A stretch of 62,802 nt of DNA, the filler included, from Schmidtea nova (lineage: Eukaryota), in assembly GCA_044892505.1 (NCBI GenBank). It is 5 parts of 2 records of this genome, joined end to end, with 100 filler letters (N's around TTAATTAATTAA, not from the genome) between each part and the next. Parts side by side here need not be neighbours in the genome. Positions count along the whole stretch, not along the records: positions 1 to 25,725 come from CM097883.1; 4 more parts are not named here. One strand, written 5' to 3'. Every line of letters starts with the position of its first letter. The first letter of the stretch is position 1. Shown here piece by piece: positions 10,254 through 24,414 of the stretch. The notes below the pieces were generated by a model that was given only the letters and a program-made list of their open reading frames with translations, was not told the origin of the DNA and did not search any database. A program made the translations under genes and the position numbers.

Positions 10254-13200
10254 ATCTACAATTTAAATTTAATGGTTTATCTTTGATTTATCGAATTTTC
10301 AAATTATTGTCGTAACAAAACATAAAATAATCAACAAAGGCAAAATAAGCGATACTACAATTTTATTAATCAAGTTATCATCGTTAGATCGTCAAAAATT
10401 ATGATCGCCGAAATAGGCTGTGTAATTCGTGATTAATGGGCATTTTTCGAAGTTGGGCCCATGACCATGGGGTTTGACCCTCCTGGCATTCTTTTCCGAA
10501 CGGCTTCCGCGGCAAGAACGCTTGCAGTCCTAATTTGCATAACTCACGGCGAGGGATGTCCCCAATAGATTATCCGACTCGGTCGTCCTTCCACGTCGTT
10601 TATCACTATGACCATCTGCCCAAATTTCGGTGAATAAGGCTTTTGCGAAATTGGCCAATTCGATCCTCCCCGGTAGAATACTCGATCTTTTCCTCCAGCC
10701 CAGATGGAAAACGGGCATTTTCGATTAAATCCACTTATATACTTGGGCGTTAATAGTACGTAAAATCGGCGCGGGGAGCTCCTTGAGTTGGGTGGCTGTT
10801 CCACTTTCCGTGCGCCCTTGTTCTGAATTTCGGATTTGGGTCAATTTTTCCCTGACATCGACTGCCGTCATCTGTATTAGTTTATCAAATATTTTAGAAA
10901 AAAAAATATGATTTAACCCAAAAAATTTGTCGGGAGATTAACTGATACTAAGTATAACAAAAAAAAATGGTTTAAAATATGAGTAGATTGATTTGTCTTC
11001 GCCGCGATATACCACGGTCGGCTTACGTCTTTATTTATTATTACGTCTTTATTATTACTTTTATTATTAGGTTTGAGTCATTAGGAAGTTCTTGCGCTAT
11101 TTACAGCGATCAAGATATAATGATTTCACCTATTTTCAACCGCATTCCAGTGTTGTCTGAAATGATCTCGATTTCATTTTGTATTCACAAGTTGGTGTGT
11201 GCGAGCTACTCCTGCCCTCAGTATGTCATCGTATATCATAATTTAGTGTAGATCGAACATTAAAATTCTGCTGTGTCGTCAATATCGTGTACTTTGACCC
11301 TTGTTAGATTTATTTATTTTAGTCGATATTCAGACAATTTGGTTCCGACTAATTTGGTGTTTTGTTCGATTCTCGGGACATAGTTTGTATTTTCGAACCA
11401 TACTTTGGATAGGGGGTACCTTGTACCTATGAGCTGTTCTTGACCGCTCATTAGCTCTCTACCTAGTGCCCTTCGCTTTAAATAACCGATCCAATGTACA
11501 ACCGTAATGAACTAGAATCTAGTAAACGCAGATTCATGAATTAATATTATTAAAAATTGTCTAAAATTTACTGAGATAGAAAAAGGTAGAACCGCCATGT
11601 GAGACCGTGAGGCCCCACAACGACGACTCGGACTCCCTCGCCGCGTGAGCAGCCTAGGAAGTATAACTATACGCATGATAAGTAATAATGATAAAATAAT
11701 TAAATGCAGAAATAAATTTTAATAAATGAAATCATGGTACATATCGAAATAAACAAATTACATGATTAATAATCAAACAAATTTTACTTCGTAGTTATCT
11801 TACGGTGCGAGAATAAGTTTTCAAAATGTGCTCTTAAGTCACAGAAAAAGTGTTCTTAAAATCAAAGTTTAGTCTTGATAATAAAAATTGTAAGTTTTGT
11901 GTAAGTTAAAAACAGTTAAGTTGTGATTTTTGGATCGGTATTTATACTGATCCGGCTGGTCGAATTGACCAATCAGGATCAGGCCGTCCATCAAAGTATT
12001 TTTATTATTTTATTTAAACCTAAACATTATTTTGTTTCCTTTTCCGGTTTCTCGCTGGGTGGTCCTGATTTTTCGAGTAATTAATTAATTATTTGTACTA
12101 TTAGTTTATTTAATTCTAACTTTTCTTATTTTAGGCCCCCTTTTGCTGTTATTTACCGGTTTATTTTCAAAATTTCCTTTTGCTGGAAACTTATCAAATA
12201 TTATTTGTCATTTTATTCTTATTTTTAATTTGTCTTTATTGTCATTTTAATGTTTATTATTTCCTTATTATTTTATATTTTTGTTCTATTATTGTGGTTT
12301 TAGCCTATTTGGCGGGCCCAACATAATTATAAATATAATTATTATTAAACACATTAATTATAATAATAATACATAACATAAAAAGTTTTCTAGTGTAATT
12401 TTAATATATGTATATATTAATTGTTATNNNNNNNNNNNNNNNNNNNNNNNNNNNNNNNNNNNNNNNNNNNNNNNNNNNNNNNNNNNNNNNNNNNNNNNNN
12501 NNNNNNNNNNNNNNNNNNNNNNNNNNNNNNNNNNNNNNNNNNNNNNNNNNNNNNNNNNNNNNNNNNNNNNNNNNNNNNNNNNNNNNNNNNNNNNNNNNNN
12601 NNNTTAAAATATTTTAATAAGATGTTTTACACTAAAAATTTTAAAATAACGTTTTTTAGAAAATAATTAAATTTGAAAATATCGATTTGCATTGTGAACA
12701 AAATATTGGTTAAAATAGTGCAGAATTATTTAAACAATTTTTTGGATTAAATAATTTTTTTAAAAACTTCTGATATTTTAAATACATCTGAAGCTGACAA
12801 TTTTATTGCAGTTATTATTACGACCACGTCTTCGGAATTTTTCATGGCGCGACTTATGCCATTAGGGCTCAGAAACAGCGATGTTGTGTTAGAATTCATT
12901 AAAGAATGTGAGACATTCGTCCAATTTACTCAATATTCTGGAGTATTTTTTTCTAAGTTAGTTTAATTTACCAAAATTTTAAACTAAAACAATTTTCTTT
13001 CATATTTCTTTGAATTTTTAAACTAAAATCGAAAATTTCCTCCAGAAAATATGTTAATTTTTTCCAAGTTTGTTATTTTATTACATAATTGATGTTATAT
13101 ATTTGTTTTTCACGTATATACTTATTGCACTTTTGTTCATATTTTATTTTTTTAACGTATTTTAATTAATTATTTATATGTTTTATTATTGTTGTGTTTT

Positions 13201-13299
13201 ACTTGGTGATTTTCTCAATCATATTTTAAGTTCAATTCGTGCGCGCTCTCAGAGAGAAATATGAAAAAGTCGAACCGAAAATAATCGGGTACGAATAGT

Positions 13300-13690
13300 G
13301 ACTAATGAAAACGTTTATGGCGGAAACAACATTGCTTCAAGATTTGAAGACTATTGAAGTAACCGAAAAGTACTTTGCAACCATTGAAAAGTTGGTAGAC
13401 AAGATTTGGACCGCCTATTCTCAAAGGAAGAATTGAAAAAACAGCTTTTAATCGAGTGTTCAAATGAAAGGAGTTGAAGCGCGAAATATACGTAAATAAT
13501 GTCACAGGGATAGAGAATATAAAAGATCGAATCAAAATACTGCATAACGCACGAAAAATGACAGAAGGCAAAGTTAGAAATGTTGTCGAAAGCTCCATCA
13601 GTAGTCAGAGATCGTATGCAGAAATGGCGTGAGTTTTCAGGCCTAGGCGAAGAGAACAATAAGAGAGACAATACCAGAGAAGGATACCAG
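13300..13690 (+). pseudogene. Possible decayed gag-like or other TE ORF fragment
   Basis: Purine-rich, codon-like tract with several stops; no diagnostic motif. Confidence 0.25.
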
Positions 13691-14197
13691 AAGGATATTA
13701 TGCAAAAATAATAATTCCATTTTGCTTAAAATTATTAAAATTAATTTTGAAATAATCGAAAATTCCTTCTGGAAACATTTGTTTTTATGTATCAACGAAA
13801 ATAACAGTTTGAAACAACTATATATACCGCCATCAAAATGGAAGTCATCATTTTAAAGCGATTTTAGTAATAAAATTTTAAGATAATTTGCTTGAAGAAA
13901 AATTTCTGTGAAAGTGAACCTCTCGAAAGATTTCTAGAAATTGTTAATAAATTTCCGACTTACAGAATACGGAAGTTTTGCGAAAAAATCCAAGACTCGC
14001 ATTTGTGGTCTCAGACGAATAAAATCCAATTTACTTTAAACAACATCCGAACGGAGAATCCATACGAGTGATTATGTAAGGATCTTGAATTTTTTTGTTA
14101 TGCAGGCTAGCGAATCATGCATTTGTTACCCTGTCGTAGGTATTTTGATTGATTTTCAATTTTTTTGAATATTGGTAATGTGTTATCATGTGGTTAA

Positions 14198-16890
14198 CCC
14201 TTAAATGCATCTTGTTGCCAATTGTCTACATTCCAGTTTTACTTAATTTTATCAATAAGCTGAGTGTGCGCATTTACGAACACACGTCGGTAAACATAGA
14301 CAGTAAGTCTAATGTGAGATAAAAAATTGACATTACTTTAGGCGGGTAAGTTATATTTTTTTGACATATGAATGTCGTGGGTGATAAAGTTCTGTGTGTT
14401 ATTTGAACAGATAGTTTCTAATTTGGATCATTCTATAAAGAAGTGATTTATCTAATTGAAAAAAAATATTTTTCGTCTGTTGTCAGGTAAGCTATCAATG
14501 TTTAATGCTGCATTTGAATATTTTATTGAATATATATCAGATTTTTGGGATATACTGTATGTTGCCAAATGTCTACACTATGTGTTTGTCATAAATAATA
14601 ATAAGTAAGTGATTTTGGTTTCTTTGTTTTTTGACTTATTTTGCTTTGCTTTTTGGATGTCTTGGCGGCTACAAGATAAAGATGTTGAGGATTTACTAGA
14701 TGAACTTGAAAATGGAGATATTTTTGAAGACGAAGAGGATATGGGTGACCTAAACGAATCTGATTATTACACAGACGTTCATAATCTAATGAATGAAATT
14801 GAGAACAATAATGACGGTTATGAAGAACAAGACAATGAAGATCCTCACTTAGTTATCAAAAAAGGCCAATCGTTGGATGAGGATCAGTTCAACAATCCAA
14901 ACATTTCGTATCAACCACAGTCGGGTATTCTTGGTATTACAGCTTGGAGACTGTTTGCCTGTGAATGCCACTGAAATCCGTCAATTTCTAGATATCATTA
15001 TATTTATGTCCGTGTACCACTAACCAAATGTTAGATTCTACTGGGGTAAATATGGCTTCAATTATATAAAACAGACGATGACGGTAAATAGATTTGAGAA
15101 AATAAGATCCGTCATTCAATTCAATGATAATTCACAGCATAAGCCTGTTGGGCACCCAAACCATGATCGTCTACATAAAATAAAACCTGTTGTGGAACAA
15201 TTAAATAAATTGTTTGTGAGTGTAGCTCCATTTGATCAGAGGCTTTCTCTAGATGAGCAAATGCATTCGACAAAGGTAGCACATTTTATGAAACAGAACT
15301 TACCCAATAAACCCCATAAATGGGATTTCAAGTTGTTTGTTTTATGTTCACTATCTAAATACGCTTATAATTTCGAAATATATTTAGGCAAGCAAGAAAT
15401 CGACAACTTATCTGATGAACCTGATGTTGGCGTAGTCGGTAATACAGTGATTCGATAGTGCTGTTTCATTCCGCGTAAAATGAACCATATCGTATTTTTC
15501 GATAATTTTTATACATCTGTTTCTACTCTATTACTTATGGACTCAAGGAATATATGCATTGTGGACAATACAAAGAAATCGCCTTGGGAAGAATTGTAAA
15601 TTGCCAGCTGTAAAAGATTTCATGAAAGACTCTGTAGTCCGAGGAACTTATGAGGAACAAGTAGCGAATTATGAAGGAGTAGATATTTCAGTGACATGCT
15701 GGAAAGACAATGAGTTTGTCACATTAGCGTCTACTTGTGTATGTTCTGAACCAGCTGAAACTGTCAACAGATATGACAAAAACAAAAGAAAAAAATCTCC
15801 ATAGCTGTCCAAAAATAGTTAAAGATTATAACGTCCATATGGGAGGAGTTGACCTCATGGACAGCTTTTTGGGCAGGTACAGAATTAGAATCAAAAGTCG
15901 CAAGTGGTATATTAGACTATTTTATCACATGATTGATATGGCAGTGATAAATTCATGGGTATTATATAAAAAAACAACCCAAACATTATATTAGGTGATT
16001 ATAGATCTGAGCTTGCGGAAACATTATGCTTTTATAAAAAATATGATGGAAGTAAAAGAGGGAGACCTTCAAGCAATAATATAGAAAGAGAGATAGAAAC
16101 AAAAAAACACAGAGGTCCCACGAAGCCTGTCCCGCCAAATGATATACGGACCGTTGGTATAGGTCACAATGAAAAGGGTGCACATCCAAAAATAGATGTA
16201 AACTTCCGAATTGTAAAGAATTTTCGCGAACCTAGTGCATCAAATGCAAGGTCGCTTTATGACACAACAAAAATCGCAATTGCTTTGCTGTATCTCATTC
16301 ATAAGGTGCAAAACAACTACCGCATTTTTTGTCGTATAAGTCGCTACTTTTTTCGTTAAAAATACAAGTACGACTAATATAAAGAAGCGACTTATATGAT
16401 AATTTTTATTTTTTTCTAACCAAACCAACAAATGTCCAGCCAAATTTCCAGAAGAAATAACAAAAAATTGAAAAGTTATAATAATTTTCAGCTTTATAAT
16501 TTTGCATGCGACTAATACCACGGAACGACTTATATAATGATTTTTTAGAAAAAATCGAAAAATTAGATTGGTGCGACTAATTCCACGGTGCAACTAAAAC
16601 TCAGGAAAATACGGTACCTAAAAATGGATACAATTGTTTTTCTGTGCTTTATTATACGCCCACGTATGTATTATTTCATATGATAAATGTATAACACCAT
16701 TTGTTAACGTCTACATTAATTTTAGTTATAAACGCATATTGTTGCCAATTGTCTACATACAACTTTTTTCAAAATAAATACTTAAAATTATTTCCTGAAT
16801 TTTTTAATTTATTTTTTATGTAACCTATGACTATATTCCTATATAAAACTATATTCTAAAATTCAAAACAAAAAATCATGCATTTAAGGG
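14198..16890 (+). mobile_element. Full-length but decayed piggyBac transposon
   Basis: TTAA TSDs (14194-97, 16891-94). 13-bp TIRs CCCTTAAATGCAT/ATGCATTTAAGGG. Near-palindromic internal motif GTTGCCAAWTGTCTACA at 14214, 14561 and 16741. Confidence 0.95.
14657..16304 (+). pseudogene. piggyBac (PGBD-like) transposase pseudogene
   Basis: Acidic N-terminus, LSLDEQM, FDNFYTS, GGVDLMD (DDD triad) and a C-terminal Cys-rich domain RCKLPNC...CIKC. Several stops and frameshifts. Confidence 0.95.
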
Positions 16891-18526
16891 TTAAATATGT
16901 ATTTATTATTTTTTGGAAAATTATAATTTTTCTATTTAAAATTTTATTATTTACTTTGATTACATTTTCTCACAAACTAATATTAACCTATTGTTATTTA
17001 TTAATTAGTTATTTCTCTCTCTATTATTAATGAATTTTCCATACGTCTGATGATGTTCCGCCTAGTTGTTGTACCATCATTAGTCACTGGGGAGAATCAT
17101 TAAATCGCTGGAGTCTTTCTTGTTTGCTCATCCATATTTTCATCGAAGTGTGCGCAAACATCCAATAACGCTTCATCTCATACCTGGCTATATGAGGAGT
17201 AGTGGCTTGGCCAAGCGCAAGATTTTGTTCAAATTAAAATTATTCATATTATAATATAGTAGCTATTTTTTAATTATATATAAAAATCTATTGAGTATTC
17301 ACGATTACACGAAAATGTTTATATAACAAAAAATATTGAATCATATACAAATCTCGTAATTCACCTTCGTCCAAATGAATATCTTTTCATCTCATTCCAA
17401 CAGAACTCGCAAAGTCATTTGTAGTTATGAAAATTATTCCGAATAACAGCTCAACGATTGATAAAAATGTTTAGATCATAGTAGAATATATGAACTATTA
17501 TTGATTTTATCTAATTAAATCTCATTAAATCGAAATATTATCTATAAAATTTACTTAAGTTGCACTATAATTTCGGGTATCAGAAGTTTTCGGACAAAGT
17601 ATCTCGAAAATTTCATGTACACTTTTTTCGAGAAATTCACATACAGTCGGAATTAACATTTTCCAAAACTTATTGCTGAAGTCACTATAATGTGAAAAAC
17701 TGAATTTAATTTTAGAGATATAATAATTCTGAATCTAAGACTCCTATTATTTTGAAAACATTATAAAAATTTTAGTTAAATATATTCGGATTCTTTTGGT
17801 AAAATTAGAAGTTAGAAATTTTATTGTAAATTTTATATTGTCCTGAATTTTATTTATTTTTAATTTAATTTAGGATTTAGATTTTAATGCATAAAATTTA
17901 TTTAGAATTTTATTATTTTTTAAATGGTGTAAAAATTGAAATTGAAATTTTTCCTAAATTGTATAGAAAAATGAGAAATTAAAAATTTTATCATTATTTG
18001 AATTCAAAAAACTCCGAATTGTTATTTCAGAAAATCAGGAATATTATTTTATTTATATAACCCTCATTTCATAAATCACTCCACATAAAAACTCAAAATA
18101 ATCCATAAAAACCTTTTTGCAATATATTACATCCTTATCATTCATTAACATTATCTATACTTAATAGCACACCGGACAATCTATTCACTTACCAATACAC
18201 ACATACCACATCATTTCGACCATTACACCGTGTTTCAATGGCGTTTCTCACCTATAATAATCAGTAAACTTATAATATAGAAAAATACACACCTACCTGT
18301 ACCTTATCCATTGCTGTTTAACTGAATTGTAGAATTTATTATGTCGTAGACAGAGATAGAAAAAAAAATAAAATTACACACAAACACAAAATATAGAAAA
18401 AAACAGATGTCAACTTTCAGTCGCGTTTTTTGTTTCATTTTATAATATCACCCAATATTTTAATCAACACAAAAATTATAAATTAAAATGGCCGATAAAT
18501 TTTTTTAAAATTACCCTTGGATTTTC

Positions 18527-18756
18527 GTGAGACCTTCCATCGGCAGCGCGAACCCGTCAAGGAAAATAAATGGGGAGTAGTTCCAGCAATATGGCTCACC
18601 TGCCCATCACATTTCCACTACTGTGCGCAGTTCCAACCTAGTTATACAGGGAATAACTAAGGATTCACGAGTGTGATAGTCGTTTTTATGTAAGGTTATG
18701 GGTGAAGGATCCCTAGTACACATAATTAAATTTCAAAACCCACCCATAAACCCATC
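18527..18756 (+). ncRNA. Unknown covarying structured element, copy 2
   Basis: Shares blocks AAATGGGGAGTAGT, GCTCACCTGCCCATCA and GGATCCCTAG with copy 1 (9184-9417, minus); compensatory stems. Confidence 0.5.
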
Positions 18757-18766
18757 AAGAGTAATC

Positions 18767-20042
18767 AAGTGTTTCTTTTGCGGAGTAAAGGACATGTAAG
18801 AAAAGAATGAATAAACGTCAGATTCAAGAGATGCAACAGAGGTGGCCAATGAGAGAATGAGTGTTACACAAGGATAGACCTAGAGAACCAAGTAAGATTA
18901 ATGAATCGAAACCCATGGAATAAAAGACAATACCAAGGAAATACAGAATCATCTAGGAAATCAATGAAATACAAAAGTACACTAATTTAAGAGAAAATTA
19001 AAGATACATAGCAAATTTAGAAGAGAGGTATTCCCAGACATCAGGTGAAAAAGATTGTGAATACCAAAAGGGAACGCCTCGACAGAAATGATGATAGTCG
19101 GACATTATTTTAGACAGCTGGACGCACTCCCAAAATATAGAATATTGTAGTATAAGTAGAGTATCATATATTACAAGAGAAGATTAAGAGCAATTAACCA
19201 TAATAACGAAGAGACAAGCATTTACAATACCAAATATAACAGAAATGTTTGACTAGTTGAATGAAGCGAAGCACTTCAACTCAATTGACTTGGGTAATGC
19301 TTACTACCAAGTGGACCTAGAAGAAGAATCAAAACAGAAAACTTTGTTTTCGACAAAAATGGGACAGTATTGTTTCAATAGAATGCCTTTGGTATCGCAT
19401 CAGTACCAGGAACATTTCATGAACTTATGGTTAAAGTATTACAGAATATGGAGTGCACAGCAGTGTACCTAGATATTTTGATATTCACGGATTCAAAGAA
19501 GCAACACTACAAGGTAATATAGGACGTTCTAAAAAGGATAAGGAGTGCAGGGTTAAGGATTAATCCGGCGAAATGCCACATATTGAAAAAGGAGGTTAAA
19601 TTTCTCGGGCACATCATTAACAGAGATGGTATCCAGATCAATTTTTCTAAGACGGAAGCAATCAAATCTTTCAACAGACCGAAATGTGTAAAAAACTTGA
19701 GAAGTGTTTTGGGAATATGTAATTATTACAGGAGGTTCATAAAAGGATATGCAGAGAAGTCGAGAGCACTGAAAGAACTTTGTTGTAAAAACAAGAATAA
19801 AAAGCTGGTTTGAACGAAAAGATGCAAGAGTGCATTCGAGGATATGAAAAGCGCGTTAACAGCATCTCCAATACTAGGGTTCCAAGATTTCAGAAAAATT
19901 CATTCTGGATACTGATACAATCGGTGTAGTTCTATCTCAAGTGGATGACAAAGAAAACGAGAAATTAATAGCATATGGTTCATACACAATAGATAACTAC
20001 AAGAATGGATACTGCATAACGAGGAAAAAATTACTAGCTGTG
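18767..20042 (+). pseudogene. Ty3/Gypsy gag zinc-knuckle + RT + RNase H remnant
   Basis: CFFCGVKGHVRKE knuckle; SIDLGNAYYQV...GQYCFNRMP; KEVKFLGHII; ILDTD..IGVVLSQ...LIAYGS...KKLLAV. Truncated at about 20042. Confidence 0.92.
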
Positions 20043-20826
20043 GTATGGTTTTTGTTCGGTGGGCTCTTTCATTTTCTCAGAGAATTATTTCTAAATTCCG
20101 TTTAACTAACACCTCACTACATTTCTATCACCTTATTGTGGTTCCTTGTACGCTCCGCGACTTCCCGTGGGGGCTGATGTGGTGGGGATTTTGTTTGGCG
20201 GGCATATCAAAATGTGTGTGGATTTCTGGTAAGAATTCATATGCAAAGACGGTGAACCAGATATTTTTATATTTTCCATTTAGAATATTTTTTTCAGAAC
20301 TTTTGACATGAAAAGCGAGAAAGTAACGAATTTTAATCAAACAATCATTTATCAAACCATTGCAAAATCTCTTATCCAGGAAATTCAGAAAATGGATAAT
20401 TTTGCATCAAATTCGAAAAAGAAAAATTTATCAAATATTCTTTTAGCATCTTTTGAAAGTCTTTCTGATAATAAGAGTTACATGGATGATGATCACGGAC
20501 AACAGTGCTTATTATCTCAGTCATATGAATGTGAAAATCCAATTACAATTGTAACTAACTCATTTGAAGAATTATGTGCAAAATTAGACAATTTTATTTT
20601 ACTAAAAAGTTCTGTTAATAGCATTAAAAAATATTAAATAAACTAAATTTTATTATTAAAAAGTATTGATTTTGGTTGGGTGTTTTAATGCACCAGTTTT
20701 TGTTGGTAAATTGGAGTTACTTTTTAAAAATATATAAATTTGAATTGATGTTGTTTTATTAATCATTTATTCAAATATTTGTGGCTCAATGTATGAAAAT
20801 AATATAACCGAGGTGTAGTGCCTCCG

Positions 20827-20879
<53 letters not shown>

Positions 20880-20924
20880 TATGAGAAATAGCGTGCTGCA
20901 TGACGCATCGCTAAACAAAGACAT

Positions 20925-21221
20925 ATGAGTCATCGATGACTCATAACAAAGAAAAGGAGTCACCCCTACCCCCGGGGGTAAAAATATTTGATGACTCATA
21001 GGTATGACTCATTTCAAATTTGAATTTTATGACGTCATTGATGACTCATTTTAATTTTGAATTTCTAAAAGTTTTTTCAAACCTTATAATATGTACATCA
21101 AACAAAAGGTAATTGAAGGGTGAGTATAATGTTCATACCCTTGAAGATCAAAGAACTTTCTTAATGACTCATCGGTAGGATTCGTCGGCATGACTCATCG
21201 ATGATGCCATTGATGACTCAT
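20925..21221. promoter_or_regulatory. Cluster of AP-1/GCN4 (ATGASTCAT x8) and CRE (ATGACGTCAT x1) motifs at the left edge of the Polinton region
   Basis: ATGASTCAT at 20925, 20936, 20991, 21004, 21041, 21164, 21190 and 21213; ATGACGTCAT at 21029. Confidence 0.6.
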
Positions 21222-21338
21222 TTCAAATTTGAATTTTCAAAGGTTAAATAATGTTAAACCTTCAAAAAACAGGGAATTGTATGACAAGTTTGATGGTTAT
21301 ATTTTGACAATAAATATGCAAATACAAACAAATATTAA

Positions 21339-21437
21339 ACAAGACATTGCAATGCACGTGTAAATTAACAAAGACTTTGCAATGCAGATGCAAATTAACA
21401 AAGACATTGCAAAGTAAATGCAATGAAACAAAGACTA
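21339..21437 (+). repeat. 30-bp tandem repeat, about 3.3 copies
   Basis: AATTAACAAAGACWTTGCAATGCA-like unit repeated. Confidence 0.85.
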
Positions 21438-21769
21438 ATGAAATATAACTTGTAATAATAAAAACTACAACTAATAATAAATATTATAATCCCAAATAAT
21501 AACACAAATAATAATAATACAATCCCAAATAAACGAATAAATGATAATAATAATGATATACCTAAAAATCAAAAATTATTAATCCAGATATCATTACTAT
21601 TTCTGATGATGATTATGTAATGCCCATTATAATTAATTCATATTTAATTTATAATTTACCATCAATTATTCCCACAATTAATAATTTCACAATTAATAAC
21701 GCTACAAAAATGTAAAAAGTAATGTACAAACAATTAATAATGAACTACCAATTAATAATAATAATAATC

Positions 21770-23690
21770 AATACGTTTGTAGTTCACTTGAACCTGAAGT
21801 CTTTTTTGATTTAAATAAAACCCATTCAATTATAACATTGGATGTCTCATCTTTAAATTTAAAAACCGTTTCCGTTCCCGATAATTTAATAAATAAATTA
21901 ATGTAACTAACGAAATGGACACAACAAAAATTCAATTCTGTTTGAAAGTTGAATTTCAAAAAGTTAACGAATACCAATCGTTTGTCATTTCAAATTAAGC
22001 TAGGCCCATGAATGATACCTTCTTAGAGAAAGATATTGAATCATTAAAAGAAAAAATAATTAAAAATAATTAAATAAATAAAAAGGGGAGTAACTGGGTA
22101 ATTTATAAAATCAAATATATAAGTTTTATAGTGACTAAATTTTCACAAATAAGCAGATTGACTGAGTATAAATATATAGAAACTCCAACATCTTATAACG
22201 ATACTATAGGTATTAGAAATTGACCTAGTTCTTATAATTAATCAGATCTTAAGTTTGACCTAGCTGAGATGCTCATGTGTAATTCTAATATTTCGAATTT
22301 TGAATCTAAAAATCCTGTTTTATCTATTAGTGTAATTTCATACCATAAAATGCATTAATAGATGTAACAAATAAATATGAAGTCCTTAAACATCCATTTG
22401 TCGACGTAATCTACAGATCGAGAGTTGTAGAAAATAAAATAATTAATTTAATTTTACTCATTGAAATTGATCAATATCATTATATTACAGTGTCTAATCT
22501 TGATAGACTTTTAAATTGTAGTAATAGTAATAACAGCTGCAAGGATTTGTAGTAAATGGTGCCAACGATGTTAAAATGGGTTTATGACTGTAAATAGTTT
22601 TGATAGACACAAAGCTTTATGTGATAAAAATCAATTAGGCACGACTCTCTTCAATTTGCCTAAAAACAAAGATTTAAAATTAAAGAACTAGACGAAAACG
22701 GTTACTCCTCCCTTTGTAATTTATGCCGATTTTGAGGAAGTCTTACATAAAGATGTTAAATATTTCCAAAAACATCTGCCAATTTCCGCTGGCTTAGTAT
22801 GCATAAATAACTTAACAGACCAAAAGTTTTCTAAGAGTTTCCTAGGTTTGAATTGTGTAACAGACTTTCTTTTTGAAGTTCAATAAATAAGTGAAAACAT
22901 AGTAGCTCCGTATTTTGCCAAGAATTTTCAGAAGAAAATTATATTCAGTAGGGCTGATGAGCTATCATTTTCGGCATCGACTAACTGTTAATTGTGCTTT
23001 AAACAGTTAGAGACCATGTTAGAGACCAGTTAGAGACCATGACCATTTTTTGTTTAATTATTAGGTGCAGCATGTTCGAAATATAATAGGTCATGACAAA
23101 TAAAATCAACTTTACCTGTCGTTTTCCGTAATTTGAGAGAATATAATCTACATCATTATCTCAAATTCGGTTTTTCAACTTTTTAAAATTGGAATATAAA
23201 TTGTATTCCCGTGACATCTGAAAAATTTTAAGTCTATATGCAAAAATTGGCAAATTAACGGTAAAATTGATTGATTCTTGTCAATATGTTAATGATTCCC
23301 TAAATAATGCCGTAAAACACTTACATCATTGCATCTAACTACATCGAAGTTGAGTTACAATAATTAATTCTAAGGGAATATTTACTTGTGTTGTGACTAC
23401 TAGTTTGGAAGCCCTTCAATCTAGTAGCGTACTGCCTCCAATTTGGAAGGATGTAACTGAAGGCAAATACATAATGGGTAAAGTTATTTAGAGGCAAACC
23501 AATTGTAAATTAAACGTATTTTTGTTGGTGGATTTTTTCCAACAGTTTAGAGCAAAGTCTATTGCTCATAACAAGTTGGAACCCTTTAATTATTTAGGAA
23601 TTCAAGGCATGTCTTGGGATTCCGCATAATTAACTTAGAATAAAACTCTTGAATTAATCCAAGATAGTAGGAGATAGTGAGCTATCTGGA
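21770..23690 (+). pseudogene. Polinton protein-primed DNA polymerase B, N-terminal and exonuclease part, decayed
   Basis: KGSNWVIYKI, WCQRC, PPFVIYADFE (ExoI), RDHDH, LPVVFRNL, KLIDS, LLVDFFQQFR, GMSWDSA; many stops and frameshifts. Confidence 0.88.
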
Positions 23691-24083
23691 TTCATATGAG
23701 TTATCACGCGTTTTTGGCGCAATATTTAAAGTGTGTATTGTTTAAATGTTTGAAATTTTTTATTATTATTTTTTTTATTTAAATTATATTTTTTAATTTT
23801 TATTAATTAATTTTTTGGCGATTGTGGATTTCGTTTTCAATCATTCTGTTGTTTATAAATATGGAAATATTTATAATATATTCTTAAAAAAAATATTTTT
23901 TTGTATAAAAATAAAAGAATATTATATTTTTAAGATTAATTTATTTAAATTTAAAAATTTTTAATCGATTTAAATTTTTTGACTATAATAGAATTTAAAA
24001 TATATATTTTATTTTAAAAATTAATACTAATTTGTTCGAAAAAATCGGATTATTTGATTTATATTTGAATGTGAGATTGGGTA

Positions 24084-24124
24084 GCACCTGATGAAGAGAA
24101 TTAAGTTCTCGAAATATATTGTGC
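24084..24124 (+). ncRNA. Minimal hammerhead ribozyme motif (second family) within a pLTR-like insert
   Basis: GCAC-CUGAUGA-A-GAGAA(UUAAG)UUCUC-GAAA-UAUAUU-GUGC: 4-bp stem I, AUU triplet. Confidence 0.75.
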
Positions 24125-24414
24125 AAATTATATATTTGGATTGGCGTTTGTTGTTAATTATTTTAGTGCCATGCTTGTTGTGTTATGTATTTTTTTAATT
24201 AGTTATTTATTTTTTTTAAAATATTATTAATTTACTTTTGTTAGTATAATTTATTATTGTAATTATAATTTTTGAAACACTTCAATGACAAACGTTCAAG
24301 GAATACACTACTCAAAATATTATAAGCATATAACAAAATGAGACAATTCTGCACAACAAAAAAAATTACATGGTGAAATACGATAAATATTAAACTAATT
24401 ATTTATTATTTTAT

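Noticed and set aside
10540-11660. UCCCUCGC segments (10545 minus, 11634 plus) resembling the HDV-ribozyme L3 loop
   Set aside because: P3, P1 and P1.1 pairings and the J4/2 catalytic C could not be built.
20045-20300. Possible Harbinger/ISL2EU transposase remnant (ILICPP...REVAERTR) on minus
   Set aside because: Needs frameshifts and only a few residues match; too weak without a profile search.
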